Of a stretch of DNA of 64,000 nucleotides, positions 16,548 through 28,942 are shown in pieces. The stretch is from Alphaproteobacteria bacterium. GTDB taxonomy: Bacteria > Pseudomonadota > Alphaproteobacteria > Micropepsales > Micropepsaceae. A program made the position numbers and the translations under genes. Under the pieces are notes generated by a model. That model saw only the letters and a list, made by a program, of their open reading frames with translations. It made no database searches and was not told where the DNA came from. The stretch covers positions 12,135 to 76,134 of the forward strand of contig JADZAI010000100.1 in NCBI GenBank assembly GCA_020852655.1, given 5' to 3'. The stretch's first letter is position 1, and each line of letters opens with the position of its first letter.

Positions 16548-17677
16548 AGGCTGTTCTGAAGTTCCTGAAGACGCCGGTCGGCGCCGCCGTCGCGATCCTG
16601 CTGGGGGCGACGATGTGGGTGCTGTCGGGCGTGCTCAGCGGCACGCACGAGGCGCCGGTCGCGCCGCCGATCCAGCATGCGGACGCTGCGGCAGCCGCGA
16701 CCGCGGCGACGCCGGTGCGCGTCCGCACGATGCGGAACGAGATGCACGCGGCCGACCTGGTCCTGCGCGGCCGCACGGAGGCCGAGCACAAGGTCGAACT
16801 GAAGGCCGAGATGGCGGGCCGCGTGGTCAACCTGCCTGCGGCGAAGGGCGCCCGCGTGAAGACCGGGGACGCGATCTGCGAGCTCGACGTCGGCGCCCGC
16901 AAAGCGCGGCTCGACCAAGCCCGGGCGCAGCTCAAGCAGGCGAAGCTGGAATATGACGCATCGGTGGCGCTCCAGAAGAAGGGCCACCGCTCGGAAACCC
17001 AGACCGCCGCCGCCCTCGCCGCCTTCGAGTCGGCCGAGGCGAATATCCGCGCCATGGAGCAGGAGCTGTCGTTCACCGTCATGCGCGCCCCGTTCGACGG
17101 CATGGTGGACACCCGCCTGGTCTCGATCGGCGACTATATGACGCCTGGAACGACCTGCGCCTGGATCGTGGGCTCCGACCCGTTCCTGGTCGTCGGCGCG
17201 GTGGCCGAGAGCCAGATCGCCCAGGTCGCCCCCGGCACGCCCGGCACGGCGAAACTGATCACCGGCCAGACGGTCGAGGGCATGGTGACCTTCCTCGCGA
17301 CGGCGGCCGATCCGGCGACGCGCACCTTCCGCGTCGAGATGACCGTGCCCAACCCGGATTTCCAGCTCCGCGACGGCGTCACCGCCGACATCCGCGTCCG
17401 GTCCGAGGCGGTGCCGGCGATGCGCATGTCGCCCGCCCTCCTGTCGCTGGACGATTCCGGCAAGATCGGCGTCAAGATCGTCGAGAACAGCAGGGCGCGC
17501 TTCATGCCGGTCTCGATGGTCGCCGACGACAAGGAAGGCGTGTGGGTGGCGGGCCTGCCGGACGAGGCGGTCGTCATCACGGCCGGCCAGGAATACGTGA
17601 AGGACGGCGAATTGGTGAACGCGGTGCCGGAGGAATCCGTCACCGCCGGCGACGCGCCGGTCTCGAGCGCGAACTAG
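16544..17677 (+). CDS. RND efflux periplasmic adaptor (MFP) subunit
   Basis: N-terminal TM anchor, VELKAEMAGRV, coiled coil, MRAPFDGMV, ADPATRTFRVE; ATGA overlap with PadR. Confidence 0.93.
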   Translation: MKAVLKFLKTPVGAAVAILLGATMWVLSGVLSGTHEAPVAPPIQHADAAAAATAATPVRVRTMRNEMHAADLVLRGRTEAEHKVELKAEMAGRVVNLPAAKGARVKTGDAICELDVGARKARLDQARAQLKQAKLEYDASVALQKKGHRSETQTAAALAAFESAEANIRAMEQELSFTVMRAPFDGMVDTRLVSIGDYMTPGTTCAWIVGSDPFLVVGAVAESQIAQVAPGTPGTAKLITGQTVEGMVTFLATAADPATRTFRVEMTVPNPDFQLRDGVTADIRVRSEAVPAMRMSPALLSLDDSGKIGVKIVENSRARFMPVSMVADDKEGVWVAGLPDEAVVITAGQEYVKDGELVNAVPEESVTAGDAPVSSAN

Positions 17678-17687
17678 GGCAACCGGC

Positions 17688-20600
17688 ATGGGCATGACCG
17701 GAATAGTCGGCTGGGCCGTCAACAACGCCCGGCTCGTCATCGCGGCGATCATCTCGACACTGGTGATCGGGATGATCGCCTATGCCGCGATCCCGCGCGA
17801 AGCCGATCCCGACATCCAGTTCCCCTTCGTGAACATCACCCTGCTCCACCCGGGCATCAGCCCGGAGGACGGCGAGCGGCTGCTCATCCGTCCGATGGAG
17901 ACGCAGCTCCGGACGATCGAAGGCCTGGAGAAGATCACCTCTACCGCCGTGCTGGGCGTGGCCAATATCGGCCTCCAGTTCGACGTGAACTTCGATTCCG
18001 AAAAGGCCATCCGCGAGGTCAACCAGAAGGTCGACATGGCGAAGGCCGAGCTTCCTTCCGACACCGAGGAGCCGATCGTCCAGGAAGCCTCGACGGCGCT
18101 GAACCCGTCGATCACGGTGGTGCTTTCGGGCGAGGTGCCCGACCGCGTGCTGTTCCGCATCGCCGACGAGCTGGAAGACAAGCTGGAAACCCTGCCGACC
18201 GTGCTGTCGGCCGACATTTCCGGCAAGCGCGACGATCAGCTCGAGATCGTCATCGATCCCGCCAAGCTGCAAAGCTACGGCGTGTCGCTGACCGAATTCT
18301 TCCAGGCGGTCACGCGCAACAACACGCTGATCCCCGCCGGCTCGCTGGATACCGGACAGGGCCGCTTCGCGGTGAAAGTGCCCGGCCTCATCGAGGGCCG
18401 CGAGGACGTGCTCAACCTGCCGATCAAGATGAGCCAGGGCACGGTGGTCACGCTGGGCGACGTCGCCGACATCCGCCGCACCTTCGTCGATGCCGACACC
18501 TATGCCCGCTTCAACGGCCGTCCGGCGGTATCGCTGGACGTGGTCAAGCGGGCCGGCACCAACATCATGGAGACCATCAACGCCGCCAAGGCGACGGTGG
18601 CGGAAGCGCAGAAGAGCTGGCCGCCGGGGATCGTCGTCGACTTCAACGGCGACCAGTCCGACTTCATCACCCGCACGCTGAACAGCCTGACGCAATCGGT
18701 CATCCTCGCGATCATCCTGGTGATGATCGTGGTGGTGGCGGCACTGGGCCTGCGCTCCGGCATGCTGGTGGGCTTCGCCATTCCCACCTCGTTCATCCTC
18801 GGCATCACCTTCCTCTATTTCGAGGGCCTGACCCTCAACCAGATGGTAATGTTCTCGCTGATCCTGTCGGTCGGCATGCTCGTCGACGGGGCGATCATCG
18901 TCGTCGAATTCGCCGACCGGAAGATGGCCGAGGGGCTGCCCCCCAGGCAGGCCTATGCGATGGCCGGCACGCGCATGTTCTGGCCGGTCGTCTCGTCCGC
19001 CGCCGCGACCATCGCCGCCTTCGCGCCGATGCTGCTGTGGCCGGGGATACCGGGCAAGTTCATGAGCTATTTCCCGATCACGCTGATCGCGGTGCTCTCG
19101 GCCTCGACGGTGGTGGCGATGGTGTTCCTGCCGGTTATCGGCGGCTATTTCGGCAAGCACCCGCCCGGCGGCGAAGAGGCCTTGAAGGCGATCGCCGCGT
19201 CCGAGCAGGGCAATATCGATTCCATTCCCGGAATCACCGGGGCCTATGCGCGCTTCATCAGCCGGCGCGTCCGCAAGCCGCGGCGCATCATCCTGGGGGC
19301 GGTCGCGACCCTGATCGCCGTCTATGTCGCGTTCGGCATGTTCAACAGCGGCGTGCTGTTCTTCGTGAACTCCGACCCCGAATTCGCCAACGTCATCGTG
19401 TCGGCGCGCGGCAACCTGTCGGCCACCGAAAAGCGCGACATGACGATGGAAGTCGAGAAGCGGGTGCTCTCGGTCGCCGGCCTCAAAGGCGTCTACACCG
19501 TGACCGGCATCAACGGCGGCGGGCGCCGCCAGATCGCCGAGGACGCAATCGGCGTGATGTTCCTGGAGATGGTGCCCTATGCGCAGCGGCGGCCGGGACG
19601 CGTGATCCTGGACGAGATCCGCCAGCGGACCAGCAACATGCCCGGCCTCAAGGTCGAGGTGCGCGAGCTGGCGCAGGGACCGGTCCAGGGCAAGGACATC
19701 AACATCGAGCTGGGCTCCGATGAGCCGGCGCTGCTGGAAGACGCGGTGACCAAGCTCAAGACCTACATGATGTCGCAGCCGACCTTGCGGGACGTGGAAG
19801 ACACGCGCTCGCTGCCGGGGATCGAGTGGGCGGTGAAGGTGGATCGCGCCAAGGCCGGCCAGTATGGCGTCTCGGTCAGCGACGTGGGCGCCGTGGTGCA
19901 GCTCGTCACGACGGGCGTGAAGGTCGGCGAATACCGGCCGAACGACGTCAACAACGACGTCGACATCCGCGTGCGCTATCCGCTCGAGGCGCGCTCGATC
20001 GAGGCGCTGAGCGAACTGCGCGTGCCCACCGCCAACGGCATGGTGCCGGTGACGAACTTCATGCAGCTCGTGCCGCAGCCGCAGGTCAACAAGATCAGCC
20101 GCATCGACGGCAAGCGCGTGCTGGGGGTGCTCGCCAACGTCAGGGATTCGCTGCCGACGACCGAGGTGAACAAGATCAAGAGCTGGCTCAAGACGGCGCA
20201 TCTCGATCCGCGCATCGACGTGAAATTCCGGGGTGCGGACGAGGAGCAGAACAAGTCGCTGAACTTCCTCGGCCTGGCGGCGATCGGCACGCTCGCGCTG
20301 ATCGGCGCGATCATGCTGCTCCAGTTCAACAGCTATTGGCACGTCATCATCGTGCTCTCGGCGGTGATCTTCTCAACCGCCGGCGTGTTCCTGGGCTACA
20401 TCGTGATGCAGCAGACCTTCTCGGTCATCATGACGGGCACCGGCATCGTCGCGCTCGCCGGCATCATCGTGAACAACAACATCGTCTTCGTGGACACCTA
20501 CCAGCACCTGAAGAAACAGGGCATGGACACCTATGAGGCGGCGATCCGCACGGCGGCCCAGCGCTTCCGGCCGGTGCTGCTGACTAAGGCGACGGCGATC

Positions 20601-20891
20601 GCCGGCATGCTGCCGATGATGCTGGCCTTCGAGGTGGATTTCGGGGCCCGCGAAGTCATCATCGGCGGCCCCGACGCCGAGCAATGGGTGCCGATGGCGA
20701 CCGCCATCGTGTGGGGCCTGCTTTTCGCCAGCCTGCTGACGCTGATGGTCACGCCCTGCATGCTCGCCCTGCCCCAGGCGATGCGCGACAGCGGCGCGAC
20801 GTTCCGCTTCTTCCGCTGGCTCGGCCGCCGCTTCGGCTCCGGCACGCCGGCGCACGAACCGAAGCCCGCGCACCCGGCGCCCGCGGAGTGA
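17688..20891 (+). CDS. RND efflux transporter permease (AcrB/AcrD/AcrF family)
   Basis: 1067 aa; GMLVDGAIIVVE, GIIVNNNIVFVD, RFRPVLLT motifs. Confidence 0.96.
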   Translation: MGMTGIVGWAVNNARLVIAAIISTLVIGMIAYAAIPREADPDIQFPFVNITLLHPGISPEDGERLLIRPMETQLRTIEGLEKITSTAVLGVANIGLQFDVNFDSEKAIREVNQKVDMAKAELPSDTEEPIVQEASTALNPSITVVLSGEVPDRVLFRIADELEDKLETLPTVLSADISGKRDDQLEIVIDPAKLQSYGVSLTEFFQAVTRNNTLIPAGSLDTGQGRFAVKVPGLIEGREDVLNLPIKMSQGTVVTLGDVADIRRTFVDADTYARFNGRPAVSLDVVKRAGTNIMETINAAKATVAEAQKSWPPGIVVDFNGDQSDFITRTLNSLTQSVILAIILVMIVVVAALGLRSGMLVGFAIPTSFILGITFLYFEGLTLNQMVMFSLILSVGMLVDGAIIVVEFADRKMAEGLPPRQAYAMAGTRMFWPVVSSAAATIAAFAPMLLWPGIPGKFMSYFPITLIAVLSASTVVAMVFLPVIGGYFGKHPPGGEEALKAIAASEQGNIDSIPGITGAYARFISRRVRKPRRIILGAVATLIAVYVAFGMFNSGVLFFVNSDPEFANVIVSARGNLSATEKRDMTMEVEKRVLSVAGLKGVYTVTGINGGGRRQIAEDAIGVMFLEMVPYAQRRPGRVILDEIRQRTSNMPGLKVEVRELAQGPVQGKDINIELGSDEPALLEDAVTKLKTYMMSQPTLRDVEDTRSLPGIEWAVKVDRAKAGQYGVSVSDVGAVVQLVTTGVKVGEYRPNDVNNDVDIRVRYPLEARSIEALSELRVPTANGMVPVTNFMQLVPQPQVNKISRIDGKRVLGVLANVRDSLPTTEVNKIKSWLKTAHLDPRIDVKFRGADEEQNKSLNFLGLAAIGTLALIGAIMLLQFNSYWHVIIVLSAVIFSTAGVFLGYIVMQQTFSVIMTGTGIVALAGIIVNNNIVFVDTYQHLKKQGMDTYEAAIRTAAQRFRPVLLTKATAIAGMLPMMLAFEVDFGAREVIIGGPDAEQWVPMATAIVWGLLFASLLTLMVTPCMLALPQAMRDSGATFRFFRWLGRRFGSGTPAHEPKPAHPAPAE

Positions 20892-20898
20892 GGCCGAG

Positions 20899-21306
20899 AT
20901 GGCGGAAAGCGAGCGTCTGACCGGCGTCTGGGACGGCCTCTACCGCTATCCCGCCGGCATCAGGACGCCCGAGAGCACCTTCACCGCCGTGCTGTTCGAC
21001 GGCGGCGGCGCGCTCTCAGGCACGATTCACGAGACCATGAAGCTCGGCGCGCATGACATCCCGGCCAGCGCCTTCCTGGAAGGCCGCGTCGCAGGCCGTA
21101 CCGTCACCTTCCTCAAGACCTATGACGGCAGCGGCGGCCAGAGCCACAGCGTCTCCTATGACGGCACGCTCGGCGACAATGGCGACGAGATCGAAGGCGA
21201 ATGGCGCATCCACGCCGATTTCGGCGTCATGACCGGCCGCTTCGTCATGATCCGCGCGCGCCGCCATGCCAAAGCGAAGCGGACGCGCGTGGCCGAGAAA
21301 GCCTGA
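20899..21306 (+). CDS. Hypothetical beta-rich protein, co-oriented with the RND operon
   Basis: Starts 7 bp after the RND stop; typical codon usage; LTGVWDGLY...SGTIHE...FLKTYDG...YDGTL...IEGEW repeated beta-hairpin pattern. Confidence 0.75.
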   Translation: MAESERLTGVWDGLYRYPAGIRTPESTFTAVLFDGGGALSGTIHETMKLGAHDIPASAFLEGRVAGRTVTFLKTYDGSGGQSHSVSYDGTLGDNGDEIEGEWRIHADFGVMTGRFVMIRARRHAKAKRTRVAEKA

Positions 21307-21323
21307 GGCAGCGGCGGAAGGCT

Positions 21324-21788
21324 TCAATCCTCGACGGCGTCGCCAAAGAGCCGGGCCGCCGACATGGCGAGGCCGGTCGGTTCGGTGACCTTGAAGATCG
21401 CATTGGCGCGCAGGCAAATCTCGCCGTCGCTGGTGGCGATGCCCTGCGCGAAGAAGAGCGATTTGGTCTTGCGGAGCGCATCGGCCGTGCCCTCGACCCA
21501 GCTCCCGATGCGGGCGGGCGCCAGATAATCGCAGGCGAGGCTGATCGTCGGCGCGAAGCCGATGTCGGCCTTGGCCTGGAGGCGCGCGGCGATCGGCACG
21601 AACATATCGGCGAAGGTCGCCAGCATGCCGCCATGCGCCACCTTGCCCGGATTGCAGTGCCGCATCTCGACGCGGAAGCCCATGTGGAGCCGCTCGTTCT
21701 CCCATTTGCCGTAGAGCGGGCCGATATGCTCCAGGAAGCCGATGTTGAAGTTCAGCGGCTTGAAACCCGCCGGGATATCGCTGGCCAT
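21324..21788 (-). CDS. PaaI-family hotdog thioesterase
   Basis: HCNPGKVAHGGMLATFAD, PTISLACDYLAPA; start placed at MASDIPAGF. Confidence 0.92.
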   Translation of the reverse strand: MASDIPAGFKPLNFNIGFLEHIGPLYGKWENERLHMGFRVEMRHCNPGKVAHGGMLATFADMFVPIAARLQAKADIGFAPTISLACDYLAPARIGSWVEGTADALRKTKSLFFAQGIATSDGEICLRANAIFKVTEPTGLAMSAARLFGDAVED

Positions 21789-21878
21789 GCAGTCCTCGAA
21801 ATAGCGTTGCGGCCTGCTGTTACCGGGGACCTCCACAACGCACAACACGGGCCGGGAGTCTGGAGCGGTTGCGCCGCC

Positions 21879-23762
<1,884 letters not shown>

Positions 23763-23811
23763 CCCGTCCTACATAGGACGGCCGGGCGTTTCGTGCAGCC
23801 CCTGCCGGCCG

Positions 23812-25002
23812 TCAGGCCTGCGCGGCGTCGTATTCGTAGAGCCAGTCGAAGAGCCGCGCCGGGCGGGTCGGCGCCAGCATCGAGGCGAGCGAAAGCCCGC
23901 CATAGACGCAGGTGCGCAGCAGGCCGCTGTGCAGGTGGAAGCGCCAGGCGTTGGCCCAGGCCGCGCGCGCCACGTCCTCGGTGCGCTTGCGGCGGTCGTC
24001 GGCATAGGCGCGGAAAGCCTTCGGAACGTCGTCCGGCGTCTGCGCCAGACGGTGCGCCAGCACGACCGCGTCCTCCAGCGCCATGCAGGCGCCTTGCGCG
24101 AGGAACGGCGGCATCGCGTGGCAGGCATCGCCCAGCAGCGCCACCCGCCCGGCGCACCAGACGCTCGGCTGGTGCCGCTCATAGAGTGCCCAGCGATAAG
24201 GCGTGGCGACGCGGCGCAGCAGGATATCGACGGACGGGTGCCAGCCGGCGAAGTCGGCCTGGAACTCGGCCGGCGAACCGGCCTCGCTCCATGACTCGCC
24301 CCGCCAATCGCTGCGCTCCACGACGCCGACGAGATTGATCTGGCGGCCGGCGCTGATGGGGTAGTGCACCAGATGCCGGCCGCGGCCCATCCAGACATGG
24401 GCGCGCGGCACCTCGGCAAGACCGTCGGCCGGCACGACGGCGCGCCACGCGACCATGCCGGTGAAGCGCGGCGCGTCTTCGCCCGCCACGCCTTCGCGAA
24501 CGCCGGAGCGGATGCCGTCGGCGCCGATCACGGCGAGGCCGTCCAGCGCGCTGCCGTCGTCGAGCACGACGCCGACGCCGTCGCCGCTGTGGGTGACCTC
24601 GGTCACCGCACGGCCGAGGGTCACGGCGATCTGCGGATGAGCCTGCGCGGCCTCGAGCAGCACGCGATGCAGGTCGGCGCGATGCAGATGCATGTAGCGC
24701 GCGCCGTAGCGCCCGGCATGGAAGCCGCCGAGCGGCACCCGGCTGACGACGCGGCCCGAGCCCGGCAGGCGCAAATCGACCGATTCCGGGAAGCTGGCGT
24801 GGATCGCCGCCTGATCCTCGACGCCCAGCGCCCGCAGCGCCTTGGTGCCGTTGGCCGAGATCTGGAGCCCGGCGCCCCATTCATGGGGATCGGGCTTCTG
24901 CTCGAACAGGCGGACCTCGAAGCCGGCGCGCGCCAAAGCGAGGGCAGCGGCAAGGCCGCCGATACCGCCACCGGCAACGAGGACGGGCGCCGTCCCGGAC
25001 AT
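23812..25002 (-). CDS. FAD-dependent monooxygenase (salicylate/3-hydroxybenzoate hydroxylase-like)
   Basis: VAGGGIGGL, GAGLQISANG, IGADGIRS, LLGDACHAMPPFLAQGACMALED. Confidence 0.92.
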   Translation of the reverse strand: MSGTAPVLVAGGGIGGLAAALALARAGFEVRLFEQKPDPHEWGAGLQISANGTKALRALGVEDQAAIHASFPESVDLRLPGSGRVVSRVPLGGFHAGRYGARYMHLHRADLHRVLLEAAQAHPQIAVTLGRAVTEVTHSGDGVGVVLDDGSALDGLAVIGADGIRSGVREGVAGEDAPRFTGMVAWRAVVPADGLAEVPRAHVWMGRGRHLVHYPISAGRQINLVGVVERSDWRGESWSEAGSPAEFQADFAGWHPSVDILLRRVATPYRWALYERHQPSVWCAGRVALLGDACHAMPPFLAQGACMALEDAVVLAHRLAQTPDDVPKAFRAYADDRRKRTEDVARAAWANAWRFHLHSGLLRTCVYGGLSLASMLAPTRPARLFDWLYEYDAAQA

Positions 25003-25010
25003 GGGCAGCC

Positions 25011-25916
25011 TCAGCTATATTTGCGCTCGTCCCACCACGGGAAATAGCTCGGCATGTCCTCGGAGACCTTGTTCGGATAGACGGGCGTGCGCTTTTCCAG
25101 GAACGAAACCACGCCTTCCTTCGCATCGGCCTGGCGGCCGCGCGCGAAGACGCCGCGGCTGTCCAGCTTGTGGGCCTCCATCGGATGGTCGGCGCCGAGC
25201 AGCTTCCACAGCATCTGGCGCGTCAGGGCGACCGAGACGGGCGCCGTGTTGTCGGCGATCTCATGCGCCAGCTTGAGGGCCGTCGGCATCAGCTCCTCGG
25301 GCTCGACCAGATGGGTGACGAGGCCGCGTTCCTTGGCTTCCTTCGCGTCGAACACGCGGCCGGTGAAGCACCACTCGGTCGCCGTCGCGATGCCGACGAT
25401 GCGCGGCAGGAAATAGGTCGAGCAGGCCTCGGGCACGATGCCGCGGCGGGCGAAGACGAAGCCGAAGCGCGCCTTGGTGGAGGCGATGCGGATATCCATA
25501 GGGAGCTGCATCGTCACGCCGATGCCGACCGCCGCGCCGTTCACGGCAGCGATGACCGGCTTCAGGCTCTCGAAGATCTTGAGGGTCAGCAGGCCGCCGC
25601 CGTCGCGCACCGACGGGTCGGACCAGTTCACGCTGCCGTCGGCTGCGGTCGCACCCTGGCGATCCGGACGGTCGTCGCGCGCTTCGTAGTCGAAGGTCTT
25701 CGCACCGGCCGAGAGGTCGGCGCCGGCGCAGAAGGCGCGGTCGCCGGCGCCGGTCACGATGACGGCGCGGACGGCATCGTCCTTGTTGATGCGATCGAAG
25801 CAGTCGATCATTTCCGACATCATCGTGCCGGTGAAGGCGTTCATCTTGTCGGGACGGTTCAGCGTCATGATGCCGATGCCGTCCTTCACCTCGAAGGTGA
25901 TCTGCTCGTAGGCCAT
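25011..25916 (-). CDS. Enoyl-CoA hydratase/crotonase family protein
   Basis: TLNRPDKMNAF, RAFCAGADL, KPVIAAVNGAAVGIG, RGIVPEACS; start MAYEQITF. Confidence 0.94.
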   Translation of the reverse strand: MAYEQITFEVKDGIGIMTLNRPDKMNAFTGTMMSEMIDCFDRINKDDAVRAVIVTGAGDRAFCAGADLSAGAKTFDYEARDDRPDRQGATAADGSVNWSDPSVRDGGGLLTLKIFESLKPVIAAVNGAAVGIGVTMQLPMDIRIASTKARFGFVFARRGIVPEACSTYFLPRIVGIATATEWCFTGRVFDAKEAKERGLVTHLVEPEELMPTALKLAHEIADNTAPVSVALTRQMLWKLLGADHPMEAHKLDSRGVFARGRQADAKEGVVSFLEKRTPVYPNKVSEDMPSYFPWWDERKYS

Positions 25917-26124
25917 GGGTTCCTCCTGAATGTCTGGCCGTGCACCATAGCGGATGCAGGCGCGAGGGCGAGAGGGAACGCGACTTGCCGTTCGGGTAGC
26001 CCGGCCGCCCGCCCCGGCACAACACGCCAGCGATTTTGGAGCGGCCTCCAAAGAAGTCGCGCTTTTTGACGCCTTGGGTCCGCTCGGCTAATGCCAAAGG
26101 CGGAAACGCTACCAGGACAAAACC

Positions 26125-27669
26125 ATGCTCCACCCTTTCGCGCACGCGCAGTCGACGCCCGACAAGCCCGCCTACATCATGGCCGGGACGGGCGAGACGG
26201 TCACCTACAAGCAGATGAACGACCGCTCGAACCAGGGCGCGCAACTGTTCCGCTCGCTGGGGCTGAAGACCGGCGATGCCGTCGCGATCTTCATGGAGAA
26301 CAATGTCCACTACTACACCGCGCTGTGGGCGGCGCAGCGGGCGGGGTTGCTGTTCACCTGCATCTCGTCGCGCCTGACGGCCGGCGAGGTCGAGTACATC
26401 ATTAGGGATTGCGGCGCGAAGGCGTTCATCACGTCGAAATACCTCGCCAAGGTGGCGGCGGAGGTGGCGCCGCTGGTCCCCGGCGTGAAGCTCTACATGG
26501 TCGATGGCGCCGAGGAGCCGTATGAGAGCTTCGAAGCAGCGCTCGACAGGCAGCCGGCGACGCCGATCGCCGACGAGGGCGCCGGCAATTCGATGCTCTA
26601 TTCGTCGGGCACCACCGGCCGGCCGAAGGGCGTGAAGCGCTCGGCGCCGCTGGGCGGGCCGCTCGGCGAGCCGAACCCGCTGACCATGCTGTTCCAGGGC
26701 CTCTTCGGCATCTCCAAGGACAGCATCTATCTCTCGCCCGCGCCGCTCTACCACGCCGCCCCGCTCGGCTGGACCATGGCGGTGCATGCGGTCGGCGGCA
26801 CGGTCGTCGTGATGGAGCATTTCGACGCCGAGCAGTTCCTGGCGCTGGTCGAGAAACACAAGATCACCGTGTCGCAGCTCGTGCCGACGATGTTCGTCCG
26901 CATGCTGAAGATGCCGGAAGAGAACCGGACGAAATACGACCTCTCCTCGCTCCAGGTAGCGATCCACGCCGCCGCGCCCTGCCCCATCGACGTCAAGCGC
27001 AAGATGATCGAATGGTGGGGGCCGGTGATCCGCGAATATTACGCCGGCACCGAAGGCAACGGCTTCGTCTATTCGACCAGCGAGGACTGGCTGGCCCATC
27101 CCGGCACCGTCGGCCGCGCGATGCTGGGCACGCTGCATATCGTCGGCGAGGACGGCAACGACGTCCCGACGGGCGAGGAAGGCGTGATCTTCTTCGAAGG
27201 CGGCCCGGCCTTCGAATATCACAACAGCCCCGAGAAGACCGCCGACAGCCGCAACGCCCAGGGCTGGTCGACGCTCGGCGACGTCGGCAAGCTCGACAGC
27301 GAGGGCTATCTCTACCTCACCGACCGCAAGGCCTTCATGATCATCTCCGGCGGTGTGAACATCTATCCGCAGGAGACGGAGGACGTGCTCATCGGTCACC
27401 CCAAGGTGGCGGACGTCGCCGTGGTCGGCGTGCCCAACGAGGATTTCGGCGAAGAGGTGAAGGCGGTCGTGCAGCCCGCGAACTGGGCCGACGCGAACGA
27501 CGCCCTGGCAGCCGAGCTGATGACCTATGCCCGCGAGAAGCTCTCGCCGATCAAGTGCCCGCGCTCGATCGACTTCATGCAGGAGCTGCCGCGCCACCCC
27601 ACGGGCAAGCTCTACAAGCGGCTGATCCGTGACGCCTATTGGGGCAAGCGCGACAGCAAGATCGTCTGA
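26125..27669 (+). CDS. Acyl-CoA synthetase (AMP-binding)
   Basis: YSSGTTGRPKG, EYYAGTEG, GDVGKLD, MIISGGVNIYPQE, TGKLYKR. Confidence 0.95.
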   Translation: MLHPFAHAQSTPDKPAYIMAGTGETVTYKQMNDRSNQGAQLFRSLGLKTGDAVAIFMENNVHYYTALWAAQRAGLLFTCISSRLTAGEVEYIIRDCGAKAFITSKYLAKVAAEVAPLVPGVKLYMVDGAEEPYESFEAALDRQPATPIADEGAGNSMLYSSGTTGRPKGVKRSAPLGGPLGEPNPLTMLFQGLFGISKDSIYLSPAPLYHAAPLGWTMAVHAVGGTVVVMEHFDAEQFLALVEKHKITVSQLVPTMFVRMLKMPEENRTKYDLSSLQVAIHAAAPCPIDVKRKMIEWWGPVIREYYAGTEGNGFVYSTSEDWLAHPGTVGRAMLGTLHIVGEDGNDVPTGEEGVIFFEGGPAFEYHNSPEKTADSRNAQGWSTLGDVGKLDSEGYLYLTDRKAFMIISGGVNIYPQETEDVLIGHPKVADVAVVGVPNEDFGEEVKAVVQPANWADANDALAAELMTYAREKLSPIKCPRSIDFMQELPRHPTGKLYKRLIRDAYWGKRDSKIV

Positions 27670-27681
27670 GCCGAAGACGCC

Positions 27682-28320
27682 TTGGCAGAGCCGGGCAGAC
27701 CCATGCCGCGCGACCTCAATCGCCGGAAGCCCGCAAGGAATGCGCGGACGATGTCCGCCGCGGTGCTGGCCGCGGCGCTTGGCGGCTTTGCGCCCTTGCC
27801 GGCGATGTATGGCGTGCCGCCGGAGGGACAGTATCTGAACGCCCCCGACAAGGTCTGGCGCATCGTCGTGCCGGGCGGCTGGAAATACGGCACCGACGGC
27901 AGCGGCGAGACCTATATCGTGTCGCCCGACTACGAACCCTACCCGGCCGGCGGCGTCATCTGCCAGGCAAGCACGGCAGCTCTGCAAGCGCCCGTCACAC
28001 AGGACTCCGCCAACGCGACGACGCGGGCCGAACTCGCGCGCCGGGCCGCCGAACCGCATCCGGGCATCGGCGCCGATGCCGCGCGCCTGGCATGGCAGAG
28101 TTCTGGGGTGAGCGGCCCGGTCCTGCGTGCCGCCTACGCGACGGCCGAGCGCGACGAGAGCGGCCGGGTGGCCGTGTTCGCCGCGGGGTTCTTCCGGACC
28201 CCGACGGTCAAGGCGGAGATTGCCTGCTCGCTTGTGCTCGCCCGCGATGCGGGCGCGCTGGCGTCCAGCCGCCTGCTCGCGCCGCTCGCGAAGCTCGTGA
28301 AATCGCTCGAACCGCTGTAG
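27682..28320 (+). CDS. Hypothetical, possibly exported protein
   Basis: Fills the gap between convergent genes; hydrophobic AAVLAAALGGFA segment near the N-terminus (true start may be 27703 or later); no family recognised. Confidence 0.6.
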   Translation: MAEPGRPMPRDLNRRKPARNARTMSAAVLAAALGGFAPLPAMYGVPPEGQYLNAPDKVWRIVVPGGWKYGTDGSGETYIVSPDYEPYPAGGVICQASTAALQAPVTQDSANATTRAELARRAAEPHPGIGADAARLAWQSSGVSGPVLRAAYATAERDESGRVAVFAAGFFRTPTVKAEIACSLVLARDAGALASSRLLAPLAKLVKSLEPL

Positions 28321-28324
28321 CGGC

Positions 28325-28813
28325 TCAATCCTCGTCCTTCTCGCGGTAGAGATCGTGGCACGCCTTGCAGGTGCCGCCGACCTTCATCGCCGCCGCCTGG
28401 ATCGCCGCGCTGTCGGGTCCGCCGGCAATGCTCGTCAGCTCCGCCGAGGCGTCGTCGAAGGCCTTGGCCTTGGCGGTGAAGTCGGCCCAGTTCGCCCAGA
28501 TGTCGGCCTTGGCATGGGTCTTCTCGATCCCCGCGCCGCCGGGGCCGGAGCCTTCCGGGAACCAGGTGAGAATGGCCGCCGTCACGTCGTCGATCGCCTT
28601 GGCGCCGGCTTCCGCCTTGGCGCGGTCGCTGCCGTCGTATTTCACGAGGAACTGAAGCGCGCCGCCGGCGGTCTTCATCGTGTCGTGCCGCAGGTCGACC
28701 AGCGCCTGACCGGCCGGCAGATCGGCACCCACCGATGGCGTGATGCCCAGCATCGCCAGCGCGATGCCGACGATCAGACCGACCAACACCCAACCGAACC
28801 GCTCGCGCGTCAT
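28325..28813 (-). CDS. Cytochrome c' (class II cytochrome c)
   Basis: Signal peptide, AKADIWANWADF, C-terminal CKACH heme-binding motif. Confidence 0.9.
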   Translation of the reverse strand: MTRERFGWVLVGLIVGIALAMLGITPSVGADLPAGQALVDLRHDTMKTAGGALQFLVKYDGSDRAKAEAGAKAIDDVTAAILTWFPEGSGPGGAGIEKTHAKADIWANWADFTAKAKAFDDASAELTSIAGGPDSAAIQAAAMKVGGTCKACHDLYREKDED

Positions 28814-28942
28814 GTATCCTCCGTCACGCAGCTGCAACGACTCAAGGCTAACGGAGCCGCAGGCGTTCGTATACTGCCGCCTTGGGCGATGGTATGCGCC
28901 CTTCGGCGCGACAGATTTCTGCGCTTGAAACGAGGTTTGGTG

